NCBI RefSeq assembly: GCF_048593235.1
Contig: NC_133619.1
Span: 347,462,454 to 347,526,453, forward strand
Reading direction: 5' to 3'
Length of the DNA stretch: 64,000 nt
Origin: Sminthopsis crassicaudata
Lineage: Eukaryota
The stretch's first letter is position 1. The number at the start of each line of letters is the position of its first letter. The notes under the pieces are model-generated. The model ran no database searches and was not told where the DNA came from. It saw nothing but the letters and a program-made list of their open reading frames with translations. Made by a program: the position numbers and the translations under genes. This document shows positions 26,601 to 40,262 of this stretch, one piece after another.

Positions 26601-27353
26601 CAAAGACCCAAAAATGAAAAGTGAAGCAATTAAAGCATGCATTTCTCTTGTTTTGCAGTTTTAAAATCTCAGAAATGAGACTGGCTACAACAGTGGTTCA
26701 GTGTGAGCATAAATAAATCCACATATGTATCTATGTGTATCACTGGGGTGAGGGAGGAGATTTGCATAGCACAGTTTATGAAGTAATAATTGGAAAGAAT
26801 AGCCACTTTTTATCACCTCTTATCAGGTGGTCTCCATATCCCAGAAGGCTGTTTCTCAAAATGAGTTTAATCTATTCTGAGAATAGATAACAGATAATGG
26901 AGGAAAACCAGATCTAATAGGAGAAAGTTTGTATCCTCTAGCTAGTCGGGGAAAATTGGTAGCTGGGCAAACCTAGCTAACTCTGATACAGTAATACTCA
27001 GAATCTCTCAAGAGCATTCCTGTTCAATCAGTGAAGCAGTGGGGCAGACTCTGCACAGTAACATGTGGGGTAGGCAAAATTTGAATCTTCCACCTACCCT
27101 TTCTCCTTCTCTGGCACCCATTTCTCATCTCACCACCCCCAGTTAAAAATACTAAATTTCTTAAGCCCCATCATAGCTTATCTGCCCTCTCTCTCAGCTC
27201 CTGGAGACCTGGTTCTCTGTACCTTTCAAGATCATAGGTAGATAACAACAGAACTAATAATTTCTGGGTAAGACAAGAAGGGAGATTCAACCATTCCCTG
27301 TTCCACACCCCCACCCTACGATCTTTCCTTCCTTTTTTTCAGGAATAGTTTTG

Positions 27354-27397
<44 letters not shown>

Positions 27398-30300
27398 GTG
27401 ACCTTTTGGAGCCCAATGGCTAGTTTTAAATAATACTAATGCCAAAATTTCAGAAGCCTTAGCAGGTAGATGGTGCAAACATTTGGAGAAAAATAAAGTC
27501 TGGCACTACTAATCAAAGTATACAACTCCTCAAATTTCATATACATACATATATAAATATACTACACACATATACATATATACATATGCATACACACACA
27601 CATACATCTACAAATAGGGTCTGCCCAGTAAGAAGATTCTGAACAATGGCATGTTCTCTGCACCCAACACTAAGGAATCACTTACTTTGTCACCACTAAA
27701 ATTTAGGGATGGTTATATATCTAAGACACATTTTCTCCTTTCCCTCCTCCCCCACCCCCAGAAAAAACCTTTATAGCGAGAAATGATTTTCTGATACTAA
27801 TGGAACAATTCCCTTCATCCCTTTAGTTTGTTTGGCTGCTCATGCTTCTGAGCTTTGTTTATGAGCAACAAGCAGCTAAAGCCAAGCTTTATTAGAAAAT
27901 AATTAAATTGTAATTCAGAGTCTGAATCATTAGAAAAAATTACTTCAATGCTCATTCCACCCAGTCTTTGTACATCATTGACGATAGAGACATTCCAGGA
28001 AGAAAATCCTCCTGCAGCTTATTTAAGAAGTTGTTAATTCAGCATATTGAGCTCTGCCTGGGCAGCCATTTGTAATGGGGATTGTGGTATGCAGAGTCAC
28101 AATTTACACAACAAATTGGACAGGGAACAAATGGCTGCTTTTGGAAAGGTACTCACTCATTCCAGTAGTTACTACAAGTGAAGAAAAACATCAAACATTG
28201 CAAGGTCCATTTAGCCTGTCCCAGGCTGGTTTTATACCTAAAATTATAAAATTTGGGGGACTAAGGAGGGTAACCTTTCCTATTTTTCTCTTCTGATGCC
28301 TGAAATTCCATAATCAGAGATCCATTCCTTTAATTTAAGGTTGCTTTATTATAAAATATAAATATCTCCTCCCAAAAGACATAACTATTTAGCCTTATTG
28401 GTAATTAGATGTAATATGAATCAGTTATTAGATATCAAGGAAAGAAGGGAAGAGGAGAGAACTGCTGCTTTTAAGCAGGAAGGGGATTGGGAAGATGAAC
28501 AAAGAAAACAGGAAGAAGAAATGCTGAAGATGCATAATTTTTCCCCAATATCACAGTTTTGCAAATGGTAGCCTTGAAATGGTATCAGAGCCATATAGGC
28601 AGACTTACTGGGATAGTGAGAAAAATGGTGCCCCAGAGTCTTTTCCATGAATCCAAGTTCTGTACCTGTTCACATGACGGGAAAGCCATTTCTCTGCCAT
28701 AACTAATGAGCTTCAAAAACTTCATCTCCTAGAATCTTATTATCATCATTATTATACACAAATGCCCCTTTTAAACTTATTGGTGACATATATTTGGCCT
28801 GCATAATTGTAAAGAAGGGCCTTCTGATGAAACAAAGTCCATTGAACACTGTGAATAAACTAATTTTTAAAGAGATAGAATATAGTAAAATATAGTAAAC
28901 TACACCAACCATTAAAATTCTACTGGACACAATTTCACCTTAAATGATTCACAAGGCATTTTGTGTTTTTACAATGCTCTGGCAACTTCATTATGAATAC
29001 TACTTTTAGGAGTCTGAAAAAAATCTAATTTGTTTTGGAGTCTTCTAGATATTTGAATTCTGTGTAGGTGGGAGTTGATTAAGTATAAAAGTTCAGGTTT
29101 TCATATGCATAAAAGATAAATTAAGAGTGATATTTGCTTCACAAAAAAAGATCCATAATAGATTCTATTTCAGTATCAAAGCATTTTAACAAATAGTTTG
29201 TGATTTGAAATTTCTTTTAAAACTGTCTCCCCAGGGATCTCCTATTAAAGTTATTTCTCAGAATGCAGCTAGTATCAAAGCACTAAGTTATAAGAATTAT
29301 ATTGTATAAGGAAGAATGCTCCAAAATGAAAAGAGAAAAGGTTAGATAGATAAATGTGAAAATCAGGAATCTTGATCCACAATTCCTGCCTCTTCCCAAT
29401 ATTGGCCTTTACTTAGTTCTTAATCTTATTTTTAAATCAACAAAACCATTGCTCAGTGGCTTGAAGTCAATTGTTAGATTTTAAGTGGTATAACAGAATT
29501 CATGAAGTCTAAGTGTATCCATCATTTTCTTAGTTTCAACCACTTGCCATTGCATAGCTTCGGTTGGTAATATGCTGTGTAGTATCAGGTTGAAAAAACA
29601 TCTAAGGCCAGCTTCCTACTATCTAAAGGGGAGAAGAGTCATTTCAGAAGGGCAACATTCTCACTGTCTAATTAAAATATGGGTTAGTATTATGTACATG
29701 TTAGGAGAGAAACTAGGGGGAGAGATTCTCAACAGGAGAAATGAGAGTATTCCAACAAAATGGGAAAGCAAATGAAGAGGCCATAGGAATCTATTTGCTT
29801 CTCTCTACAGGGAACATAGAGACAATCTGTCAGAAAACCCATACATTTTTAACAATCTAGGACCTTTTAGTTGCTCTTTGCCCTCTCCCCTTTTAATAAT
29901 AAGATTTGCTACAAAGAAGATTTAGCAAGATGAATTACAATTCTGAATCTTCTAAATGATAAAAAGACAGTAGGCATATAAAAGTAAAAATAGATAGTTC
30001 ATATTAATCATAGATAACAGAAACATGTCAGCTATAATGCCTGTTTCCCTTTGTCTTAGAATTAAGATGCTTCCTTGCAGCTGTTATTTCATAGAATTAC
30101 AAATTATTAGATGTAGAGGTCATGACATACACCCCCTACTTTCTTCCTGTTCCCCACTCCATCCCCATTTTATATATGAAAGAACTAAAGCTATGAGAGT
30201 TGAAGCAATTTGCTCAAGCTCATTTGGAACATGAAACTGGGCATCCTATTTCCCATCTATATCATTCTTTTGCTATAACAAATATATCTCTAGAAGCAAA

Positions 30301-33300
30301 AATGGAAAAAAATGGTCTTTTCCCTTTGTTTCACAACTTAAAAATATTGTGTTTAAGTTGGGATTTTAAAATCATGAAATGTAGATAGATTTGTAGAACT
30401 GAAGAATTTGTGGGACTAAATATTGGAATCAAAAAAGAGTCGGTTTGTCAGTAAACTGAATTTCTAGGGCTTTTGTTCAAGATGCTCATTTTTCTTGTTC
30501 TAGGCATGTCACAGATATGAATTTAATGTTAATGTGCATTCCTTTTCCCTTGAGGAAAAAAAATTAGCTCTGGTAACTATAGAATAACTTGCTTATATCA
30601 ATAACTGAAAATTGAAAGTCAAACCCTCAATGCTAGTATATTTATAGAAGCCTGTAATGAGGAAAGTAGTCTGAGGGACTTAAAAAAAGTTTTATATTCA
30701 TTATGTGCTATCAACCCTTCTTTGAGTTGAAAGGAAGAAAAGAATGAACTAAAAATAGTTGAAAAGTAAAAAATTAAATATAAAAGAGATAAAGATGAAA
30801 GTTAGAGGGTGGTTAAGGAAGTGAATAGGTAAATTGAAGTCAAGATTATGGAGAATGTGGGATTACTAATGATTAATGGATATTTGAATTCAAGACTATA
30901 TGTATTACCTAACCCCCAAATGAAGGGGAAATCTGTCTCTTCAACCATAATGGAGTGGGCTGTAGCATCAGACCAAGCATTTCAGATGTTGATTCCAATC
31001 ACAGTTGATTGGAATTATTTCAGTCCTTAACTGGATAGAATGATAGCATGTTTGGCAATCCAGTTGATTGCTTGACATTGTTCAAATTTTTTGGACCAGT
31101 CAGCCCAAATGGGGTCACTACTACATGATGTGTAGACTTGAATTCAGCCATGAAGAAAAGTAGTCTGTAGGTTTAGAAATGGAGCTAAGCATAGAGATCA
31201 GATGTTTTCTGAGGAATCAGTAAACATAGAGCTTTTTTGAGTGTTAAATTAATTATATGAATGTTTCTAGGGTGATAATAAAGTAGATGATAGGTTGATG
31301 ATAAACCAGAGTGCTTTGGCTGACCTTTTTTGGTGCCTGGGTTTAATAGTATTTAATTAGTATGGAAACTAGCAGAGGTGAGTAAGCTATGAAATTGTGA
31401 TAAATAATCCTTTGTTTAGGTCTTAGATTATTTACATATTATTTATTTACATATTAAACCAACCCACTGGGTATGAAAGATTTGGATAGTCCCAACTATA
31501 CTGTAAACTCAGAGGAGGAACTGTGTGCTACAAATCTGTTTCCCTCTCTATAATATCTGGCCATGGCTTCACATATAATGCTTCAATATTTCAAAATATT
31601 TGAGATTTCATTAGCATTTGTACTCCCTCTACTGATAAATTCACTTTTCATGGGGCTTTTTTCTTCCTTGTTGATTTGTTTTTTAATTTTGTTTGATCTG
31701 AATCCATAATGTTCACATAGGAAGTTCCTAGTGTGGAAATTCTCTAACACTTCAAATTATTATTAATTTATAACATTAGAAACTTGCCTGGGACACCGAG
31801 TTGCCATGTCCATGCTTACACAGCTGGCATATGTCAAAGGAAGAACTTGAAATAAGGCCTTCTCAAACACTAAAATTAGCCATCTACTATGCCATGTTGT
31901 CTCTTGGAGTAACCAAAACCATCCATGACCTGGTGGTCAATCATTGGGGGAGGATTAGTTAAATTTAATTAGGTGTTCTTCAGAGAGTAGATATGTGGTC
32001 TATTCCTAAGCCCTTTCTTGGAGCCTTTCCAACTTGTTAATACTTACAACCTACATAGGTTAGCCTACATCCAATGGTAGTTTTCAAAAACCAAGGGTTA
32101 CATCCACAGTACATTGAGGCAAAGAGGACTTTAGAATAATGTGGTCTCATTAAGAATTGGAATTGATAACCCAACCCAATTTGCCACATATGTGGAAAAC
32201 TTTGGAGTAGAAGTGACCCCAAAAGTTTTAATGAGATAATAGTGGAAGAGAATGAATGAAACCTCCTGACCCTATCTCCTATATATAGCCTACTGGGAGT
32301 ACAGTTCTTTGTGAAATCACAGACACAACAGAATATTCAGCCATCCAAATACTGATTGTATAGATGAAAAAGGTAACTTAATAGAGAGTAGTCAAGGAAT
32401 CCTTCAAGTTGAATATTCTCAAATGTCTTAAAATCAATCACTTTCAGCTAGAAACATTTTAGGAAGCCTATCTAGAATAAACATATCATCTCTGACTGAC
32501 TTTGTCTAAGAAAAATTGTTTTGCTTTAGGGATTTTAGCCATATTTTTCAAAAATATGATTTTGGTTCCTTAAAGTTATGCAGATGGTTCCAGAAGTTTG
32601 TCCTTCCCTTGGCCCTACTTTTTCTCTCCTCAATCCTCCAGTTCTACAACATAACGTTTTCTCCCTGAACTACTAGTAGAACGTAAGCTCTTTGAAGGCT
32701 GGTATTCATTTTTTTTAATCTCCAACATCTAGCACAGTGCCTTGCACAATTGTGCTTAATAAATAATTTATTGGATTGATCAGCAAATGAAATATATAAG
32801 AAGGGTGTTGGGGTAAAAAGAGAAAAGTCAGTTTTAGGTATTTGCCAAATAGGCACATATTCTATTGTGGAAAAGACAACTTAAATCATTCTTACACCTA
32901 GGTTTTCATAACTCCATTTTGGTCCCTTTCACTCACTGCAAGTTAAGCCATAGAACTGAATTCTATTCAGGTGGGGGCCTTGTGATCTTCTGGGTAACCT
33001 TCTTATCCCATCTCTACTGACTGGAAGTGTGTCAGGAATGTAGAATAACACAGGGCCCTTCTGTGTCTTTGAATTGTCTTAAGGAGTCTTTTTAGCATAG
33101 AAAGGATGTTCATTTTGCTAAATATACTATCACATGAAGCTGTGAGACCTAGAACAATTCTAGGACCATCAGGTTACAAGTGCTAGATGTATTTATAGAT
33201 AAGTGAACCTGATTTTCGTGTATACCAAGAAGCAGGTGAAATAAACAATATCATATGATTTATTTTTAAAGCATAACCCTGATTGGAGAGTCATTGTAAA

Positions 33301-33740
33301 ACATAAGCTGCTTGTATTCACCCTCTTCTTTCCTACTCCTTCCTTTCCCTTTCCTGTACCCAGTTAACCTCCCACTGCTTTATTCAGCATCACATCCAGG
33401 TAAATTGGCACAGAATATTTCCATTGAAAATTCAACTTTGGGTATGATGGGATTTTTTTTCTTTTAAAACATTGTACATCAATTCATGTTTGAATAATAC
33501 ACTGAATTACAGTTGTTGAGATTCTAGAAATTTCACATGATTTGTTAAATGACTTCAAAATAGCCCCCTGATTTTCAGCATTGGCCTGTAAATGTCTACA
33601 GATTAATTTCAGTGATCACTATGGCACTTTCTGTGAATTGGCCAATAAATATGATTTTGGAATTTCACAATAAAGATTTTTGTCCTGGAGTTTTTATTTA
33701 ATTTTTTGTGTGATTGTATGAAATAAAGTGAATGTCTTCA
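20691..33740 (+). other. CLSTN2: Probable long CLSTN2 3'UTR (~13 kb); extent inferred
   Basis: Follows the stop codon. Long unique, U-rich stretches with relatively few young repeats. A strong poly(A) signal cluster lies at 33644-33727. As I recall, human CLSTN2 also has a >10 kb last exon. Proximal AATAAA sites (e.g. 21467) could be used instead. Confidence 0.5.
27356..27394 (+). repeat. Poly(T)39 tract
   Basis: 39 consecutive T. Confidence 0.95.
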
Positions 33741-33750
33741 TTTTGTGTGA
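33644..33750 (+). terminator. Candidate distal polyadenylation site
   Basis: Three AATAAA (33644, 33669, 33722). TGTA at 33715-33718 just upstream of the last one, CA at ~33738-33739, and downstream ttttgtgtg (GU/U-rich). Confidence 0.6.
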
Positions 33751-34884
33751 ATTTCTGGTACCTATCCTAAGGCTGAATTCCCTTTTCAGGTACATTTACA
33801 AATGCTTACATGTTTTGGAGGAGGGGGAACGGAATAAGAGCAGAAGGATGATCATCACAAATTTCACTGAAAAGAAAGTTTGGCTGATGGAATCCAGCTG
33901 TCTCTTAGACCTAGCTCAGGTCAACACTGTTTTCACTTTGGTGTGACTCTTAACAAGAACAGCCAAGAAATGGGGATGCTGCTTAGTCCTAAATGATTGG
34001 ATCTCATCTGCAGGATAGGCCCAAGGCAGAACACTAATAGTTGTCAGAGTCATTTAATAAGATAAGGAGACTAATGTTTTGTTCCAGAGCCCCCCAAAAT
34101 GCAAAACTCATTTCTTTCCTAAGACCATCCTCCCTTAATAGTTTTGTGTCTTTCAGTACTCTACCTTAACCTATCCAACACAATAAGACCATTTTCACTT
34201 TATCATCTAACCCCCAGGGTCATGTTGTAGCCAATGTCTTAAGGTCCACTTTTCCCCATTGTCGTCCTCATCCAATAACTACCTGTGGAAGGATAAAAGA
34301 AACTAAGTGACTTATGGGAGGCAAGACCAGAATCTCTGGGATTGAGCAACAAGCTCTTTTCTAACACAGCAGGGGATGGGGAGAGAAGAACTATCTCCAA
34401 TACCCCTATCAAACTACAGAAGTCTAGGCATGATAATATAGAGCTGAAAATCACTCAACTGAATGTATCCCAGGTACAACAATTCCTTTTTATGGTTCCA
34501 ATGTTTATAGATTGTACATGTTCTTATCTAGTGCCTCTACTTCCCCTCATGCTCCCCTAAATGCCCAGGGATTCCCTTATTTAAGAGAGGGCCTCCCAAA
34601 CTCCTCCTTTTGTTACCTATCACCTCTTTGAAGGACCATGTGCACAGATATGTAATAAGATACTTTAAAATTTTCCTTCATTTCTAGGTTGTGATACAAG
34701 TCTAAGCAAGTAATAACCTAATTCTCCCAACTCCATCAGCTTTCCATACAAGTTTAAACTCAAGGATTTTGTCTTATTCCAAAATATTTAAACTATGCTC
34801 AAGATTTGATTGACTCAAGGAACTAAATTCTCAGGCAGTATTAGGTATTCACAATTCATTCAAACATAAAACGGGACCTCTGGG

Positions 34885-35285
34885 ACTAGAACTGGACAAC
34901 TTTTTTTTCTTTTTAAAGCTTTTTTATTTTCAAAACATACTCATGGATAATTTTTCAACATTAACCCTTGCAAAACCTTGTGTTCCAATTTCCTCTTTTA
35001 CTTCATCCCTTCCCCTAGATGGCAAGTAATCCAATATATGTTAAACATAGTAGAAATATGTGCTAAATCCAATATATGCACACATTTATACAGTTATCTT
35101 TTTGCACAAGAAAAATCAAATCAAACAGGGAAAAAAATGAGAAAATAAAATGCAAGCAAACAACAAAAAGAGTGAAAATTCTATGTTGTATATATCCACA
35201 CTTAGTTACCACAGTCCTCTCTCTGGGTGTAGATGGCTCTCCATCACAAATCATTGGAACTGGTCTGAATCATCTAATCGGTTTC
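34885..35285 (-). mobile_element. L1 3'UTR fragment (dasyurid type)
   Basis: T-rich start, then ttttcaacattaacccttgcaaaaccttgtgttccaattt...ccctagatggcaagtaatccaatatatgttaaacat, the reverse of the marsupial L1 3' end. Confidence 0.85.
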
Positions 35286-38200
35286 CAAGCCTCCAGGTTC
35301 ATTCTCTCAATCATTTCTGTAAGGACATTGACAACCTAATCTTACTAACCATATTATCATTTCACACCCCTTTCCAAAATTTTCAATGGCTTCCTTTTAT
35401 TTCTGGAATAAAATTCAAACTCATTCAGATGGTATTCAAAGATCATCAATGGATGATTATTCCCCCATTACATTCCTTTTGGCCAAAATACTCTTTCTTC
35501 AGTCTCCCATATTTTCCTACCAAAATTCTACCCAGTGTCAGGGGCCAACTTAAATACTATTTTTTGTCTCTTTAATCACCCAAACCAAAAGTGATCCTGC
35601 CCTCCCCTCTATCACTCATTCAGCACCTAACATTTAATAGACTAATCAGTAAGCCAGCTAGTAAGCATCTATTCAGCACCTACTATGTTCTAGGAACTAG
35701 GCTTAGAAGTAGGGACTGCAAAAAATGTAAAAAGACAGTCCCTGCTCCGAAAGAACTTAACATCTAATTAAGAAGATACCAAGGAAACAACTAGGTACAA
35801 GTAAGCTATAAACAGAATAAATTGAAGATCCTCAATAAAGATCCTCTTTACATCATGATACAAAAGAAACCCTCTATTGTTACTCTGCATTGGAATAACT
35901 ACCTAGCCAACAACCACGTTTGGAAGTAACAGAAGTTCTGTAATATATAACTACTGAGATATTTCTTCCTGAGAGAGGAAATTGCCAATTATTGGCTAGT
36001 CAACCAACTAGTTTATTGATGGGTTCAGGGTAAGGAAGAGGGAAATAGCTAAGAGAAAAGAAGATGGTAAATTCCCTGGGATGATCGTTGTTTTAAAGTG
36101 GTTGTATATTGTCATGATGGAATCCAGTGACATAGACTTAAAGATTCTATCAACTGACCTATGTCTCAATTCTTCCTATGCAACTTTGCAAGCCATGGGG
36201 GAACTCACAAATTTATTTATATAACATGGTGAAGAAAAAAGAAGGAACTTGCAAGTATTTGGTGGAGTGAGATGCTATTGTAAGTGATTTTCAGGACTAT
36301 GAGCAAAATAGCACTGGTTAGTGAGCAGCCAGCCCTCACTTCACAAGTGTTAAGGGTTTTGAAAAGAATTATGTTCCTCTCCAAATCTTCTTTTCCTTAT
36401 ACCTGAAAATTACTCCATGGGACTCCAGTCCAGAGGTTTTCTCTAATTCAAAAATTCCCTAATTTATTCCATTCATTAGCAGAGTCTCACTGTACTTCAA
36501 ATTGAGGATTTCTAAAGTTAGAGATAAATCATAAAATTTGCAGACTTTAGAGGCCATATAATCTAACCAAAATAAAGGCAATTATTATAAGAATCAGCCA
36601 GTCAATAAGTACTATGTGGATAAAGTTAAGAGATAACCAAAATATAATCATACAAATATATACAGCAAATCTTCACCATTTTAAAGGGCTATATCATAAA
36701 GATTGCCAAAATGTAGAAATCCTGTGAATAATATATTGAACTGAAGAGGCGTGATTAGATTATCATGGAATGGTAATATTGAGCTGATCCATGAGCAACT
36801 GTATAATAATAGCCTTTCAAAAGAGCCTTGAAGTCCTAGGTAAGGAATCAGATACCTAGGGCAGCAATTTTTAGAATTAGGCTGACTGCTTTTAAAGTCC
36901 TATATAAAAATTTTAAAGTAGGTAGGTTTTGTACTTGACCATCTCTCTGAGCTTCTCTCCAACCTCTAGCCTCTTCTTCTGTATTAGTCTCTAGTTTTCC
37001 AAAGCCCTTCTCACCAGAACAACCACTGCAAAAAAACCAAGCATTTATTAAGCACTTACTATGTGCCAGACACAATGTAAAGTGCTGTGACTACAAATAA
37101 AAAATAGGAAGAAAGACATTCCCTGCCCTTACAAAGCTGACATTCAAATGGAGGAAGAAAATACATTGAGGGAAATCTGGAAGGGATAGGAAATGGGAAG
37201 AGACCAAAGTACCCAGTGCTGCTGGCCGGGGAAAAAATAATCTGGTGAGTCAGGAGTTGTGTGTTGAAGAACGAGACCTGGCTGGCCTGGGATCCCCTCC
37301 TCAAAATGGAGGTTCTGGGAGAAGTCATTCAATCAAAAGGAAAGGTCTCAGAGCTAGAAGATACTCCAAGATTTTGAATTAAAGGTGTGGAGTGAAGCTT
37401 CAGGATGAAGAGGTAACATATGATATAGGAAGTTGGAAGTGCAGCCTTCCCACCCACATTTAACACCCATCACCCCACTATGGATATTCTCTCTCTCTCC
37501 CCCCTTCCAATCAAATCCCCCATTCTCAAATATCAGGTATATTATGTTATTATCTGATTAAAGTAAATCATGACGAAGCATTTAAGATGCTTAGCCCTAT
37601 TTGTGTTTAAAAGGAATAGCTTGCTAAATCATATGAACCACTATTAGAAGGAATGAGGGGAGAGAATATTTTGAATTCTCTAGACTATAGACCTTGAGTA
37701 TTTTGAGCTATAGTCTCTTTCCAAGAAATCTTGTGCTCCTGCCTCATCCTCACCTCACACACCTCCAACATGTCAAAGAAATATTCCTAGGAGTAAAATG
37801 AATAAGCACAATAATGGTATGTCCTCCTCATCTTTGAAAATGGCTCTAAAGAATTTAGCAAAAGCAAATCCTTGCAGGATGTAGCAAAAAACAGTCATAC
37901 TTAGAGAGAGTTGGCAAAACATGTCCCAAACATTTAATACCTCAACTCATGAATCTATATAAAAGAAGGGATCATTCTTAGAGCTAGATTAACTATTCCC
38001 ATGGTGATCTCTGGCATATCCAAGACTGCCTTGGATCTCACTTTGTGCACATGCCCTATGTCTTACTGTTAAAATGAGCATATACATTCTGAATTTTTGA
38101 GGGCAAGACTTTACAAAAAAGTTTTTGTTTGACCACATGTTCAAATGTTCACTTAGGAAGATATAGTTCCCATGGGTGAGGAGAAGAGTACAACTAAAGT

Positions 38201-38399
38201 AGAAGAGTTAGTAGGAATAGAAAATAGATATGTACAAATATGAAAACAAGGATAAGAAGTAGAATTAATTAGAAAAAATGGGCTAGTAATCATTTATCTC
38301 AGACAATGTCAAACTTAAAAATTAAATCTAGAGAGAAATCTATATTACATATCAGCCACTTTAATATTGTTTTACATGCATGTCTACAAATGTGTAAAT

Positions 38400-38544
38400 G
38401 CATTGTGTGTGTAAATATATATATATTATATATATATATATGCATGTGTATGAGTGCATATGGTATATGTATATGTGCATATAGATATAGATGTGAATGG
38501 AATGGGCATGAATATATAATATATATATATATATATACACAATA

Positions 38545-38590
<46 letters not shown>

Positions 38591-38600
38591 GCATACACAT
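38400..38600. repeat. Compound (TA)n/(TG)n/(CA)n microsatellite
   Basis: Dinucleotide runs visible directly. Confidence 0.9.
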
Positions 38601-38925
38601 GTTATATAAATATATCTAAACAACTATAGCCTCCTGGGGGGGAAGGGGTGAAAGGAGAAAAAAAGAATAAAGTAAAAAATGCACAGACAGAACAAAAAAA
38701 TAACTTTAAAGGAAGCAAAGAAAAGATGGATAGTCATAAATATATAATCTTTTCTATTATAATATATTCTTTCTTGATAAAATAAGTTTATTATATATTT
38801 TGAATCCTCCCTGATGTTTTGCTGGGCACATGAATTTTTAAAAAAATTTTCTTTTTCTGTTTTTCATTTTCTATTTTATTTTTTCCTATTTTGTATTTAG
38901 TTTTAAATAAATATTTTTTAAAAAG
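38600..38925 (+). mobile_element. Old L1 3'-end fragment
   Basis: gcacagacagaacaaaa...ggaagcaaagaaaagatgga...gaatcctccctgatgttttgctgggcacatg, ending in an A-rich tail. Confidence 0.55.
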
Positions 38926-39349
38926 GAACATATGGCCATTATCCCTATATATGGACATATGAAGAAGGATTTGGTATTGATACCAAGGCCCCTAAAAACC
39001 CCGGTTTAGCTATGATGATGAATTCTGCTTGGCAATCTCCTAATATGATTTCCCTTCCAAGTAACCATAAGAATTCATGCTGGACTAAAGAAAACCTGCA
39101 CCTCTTTCTCAGATGAAGAAGAACATCTAAAAGTATTAGTACTATGTGCAATCATACTGGTTTGCTGTACAGAGAATACTAGGTTAGTCTTAGGTCTTTC
39201 ACTAACTTGGACAAAATACTTTATTTCTCTAAGCCTCCATTTTCTCACCAATGAAATGAAGGAGTTTACGAAATAATCTCTAAGAACTTTCCCAAGACAA
39301 TGATCTTTGTATAAACATAGATCAAAAGAAACTTTAACAACTTCTAAAA

Positions 39350-39575
39350 GCAGGTGGTTCAATGAATAGAGTACTGAACCTATAGTTAGAAAGAGCTGAA
39401 TTCAAATCCATCCTTAGACACTTAATAGCTGTATAACCCCAGACAATTCACTTAACTCTGTTTGATTCAATGCACTGGAGAAGGAAATTGCAAACCACAA
39501 CAGTATCTTTGCTAAGAAAGTCCCATGGACTACTGTGCTATGGTCCAAAATCATAAAGAGTCAGGCATAACAATT
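39350..39575 (+). mobile_element. Mar1-type CORE-SINE
   Basis: tRNA-like head plus RTE-derived tail ctggagaaggaaattgcaaaccacaacagtatctttgctaagaa. Confidence 0.7.
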
Positions 39576-40009
39576 TGCCACTAGAGACTTGAATGGCAGC
39601 CCTTTGGAAGACCTAATAGAAAATAGCACTGTCCAGTTTCCTATGGCTTTAGGAACTGTCGAAGGAGATATTTGATATTAGGAATAAAAGGGGGGAAATC
39701 TAGTAAAATTAATGAATTGCCCAAGGTCACAGAGTAGCAAGTGGCAAAATCAGGATTCATACTCCTTCCTCTGATTCAAAATTCAGCACTCTGCCCATTA
39801 CACTTGCTGTCTTCTCAAGCTAGCTAGATAACAGATCCTGAACATCAGGAGCTGTTTGGTATTAACTCTGTATGTCTTTTATATACACATCTGTGTGTAC
39901 ATAGTTTTCCCCTAATAGAAAGTCTCCTTTTTGAGGTTCAGGTCTCAGGCGGATAAGTTTCTTTTTGTTTTAGTATCTTTAGAACTAGCATTCTACTCAA
40001 TAAAGAATA

Positions 40010-40262
40010 GGCAATGGCAGGTAGAGGGCCTGGAGTGCATAGCCTGGAGTCAGGAGACACATTTTCCAGAGTTCAAATACAGCCTCAGATACTTAATAGC
40101 TATGTGACCCTGGGGTCACTTAGCTCTGTTTGCCTCAGTTTCCTCATCTGTAAAATGAGCTGGAGAAGGAAACAGCAAACTATTTCAGTGTCTCTGCCAA
40201 GAAAATCCCAAGTGAAGACACAAAGAGTTAGACACAATTGAAAAATGCCTGAACAGTAACAA
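40010..40262 (+). mobile_element. Mar1 CORE-SINE (marsupial specific)
   Basis: cctggagtcagga...tttcctcatctgtaaaatgagctggagaaggaaacagcaaac...gccaagaaaatccca...agagttagacacaattgaa...aacagtaacaa. Confidence 0.85.

Noticed and set aside
30780-31400. Possible ancient LINE or pseudogene remnant
   Set aside because: I could not recover any recognisable protein motif in six frames, so it is left unassigned.
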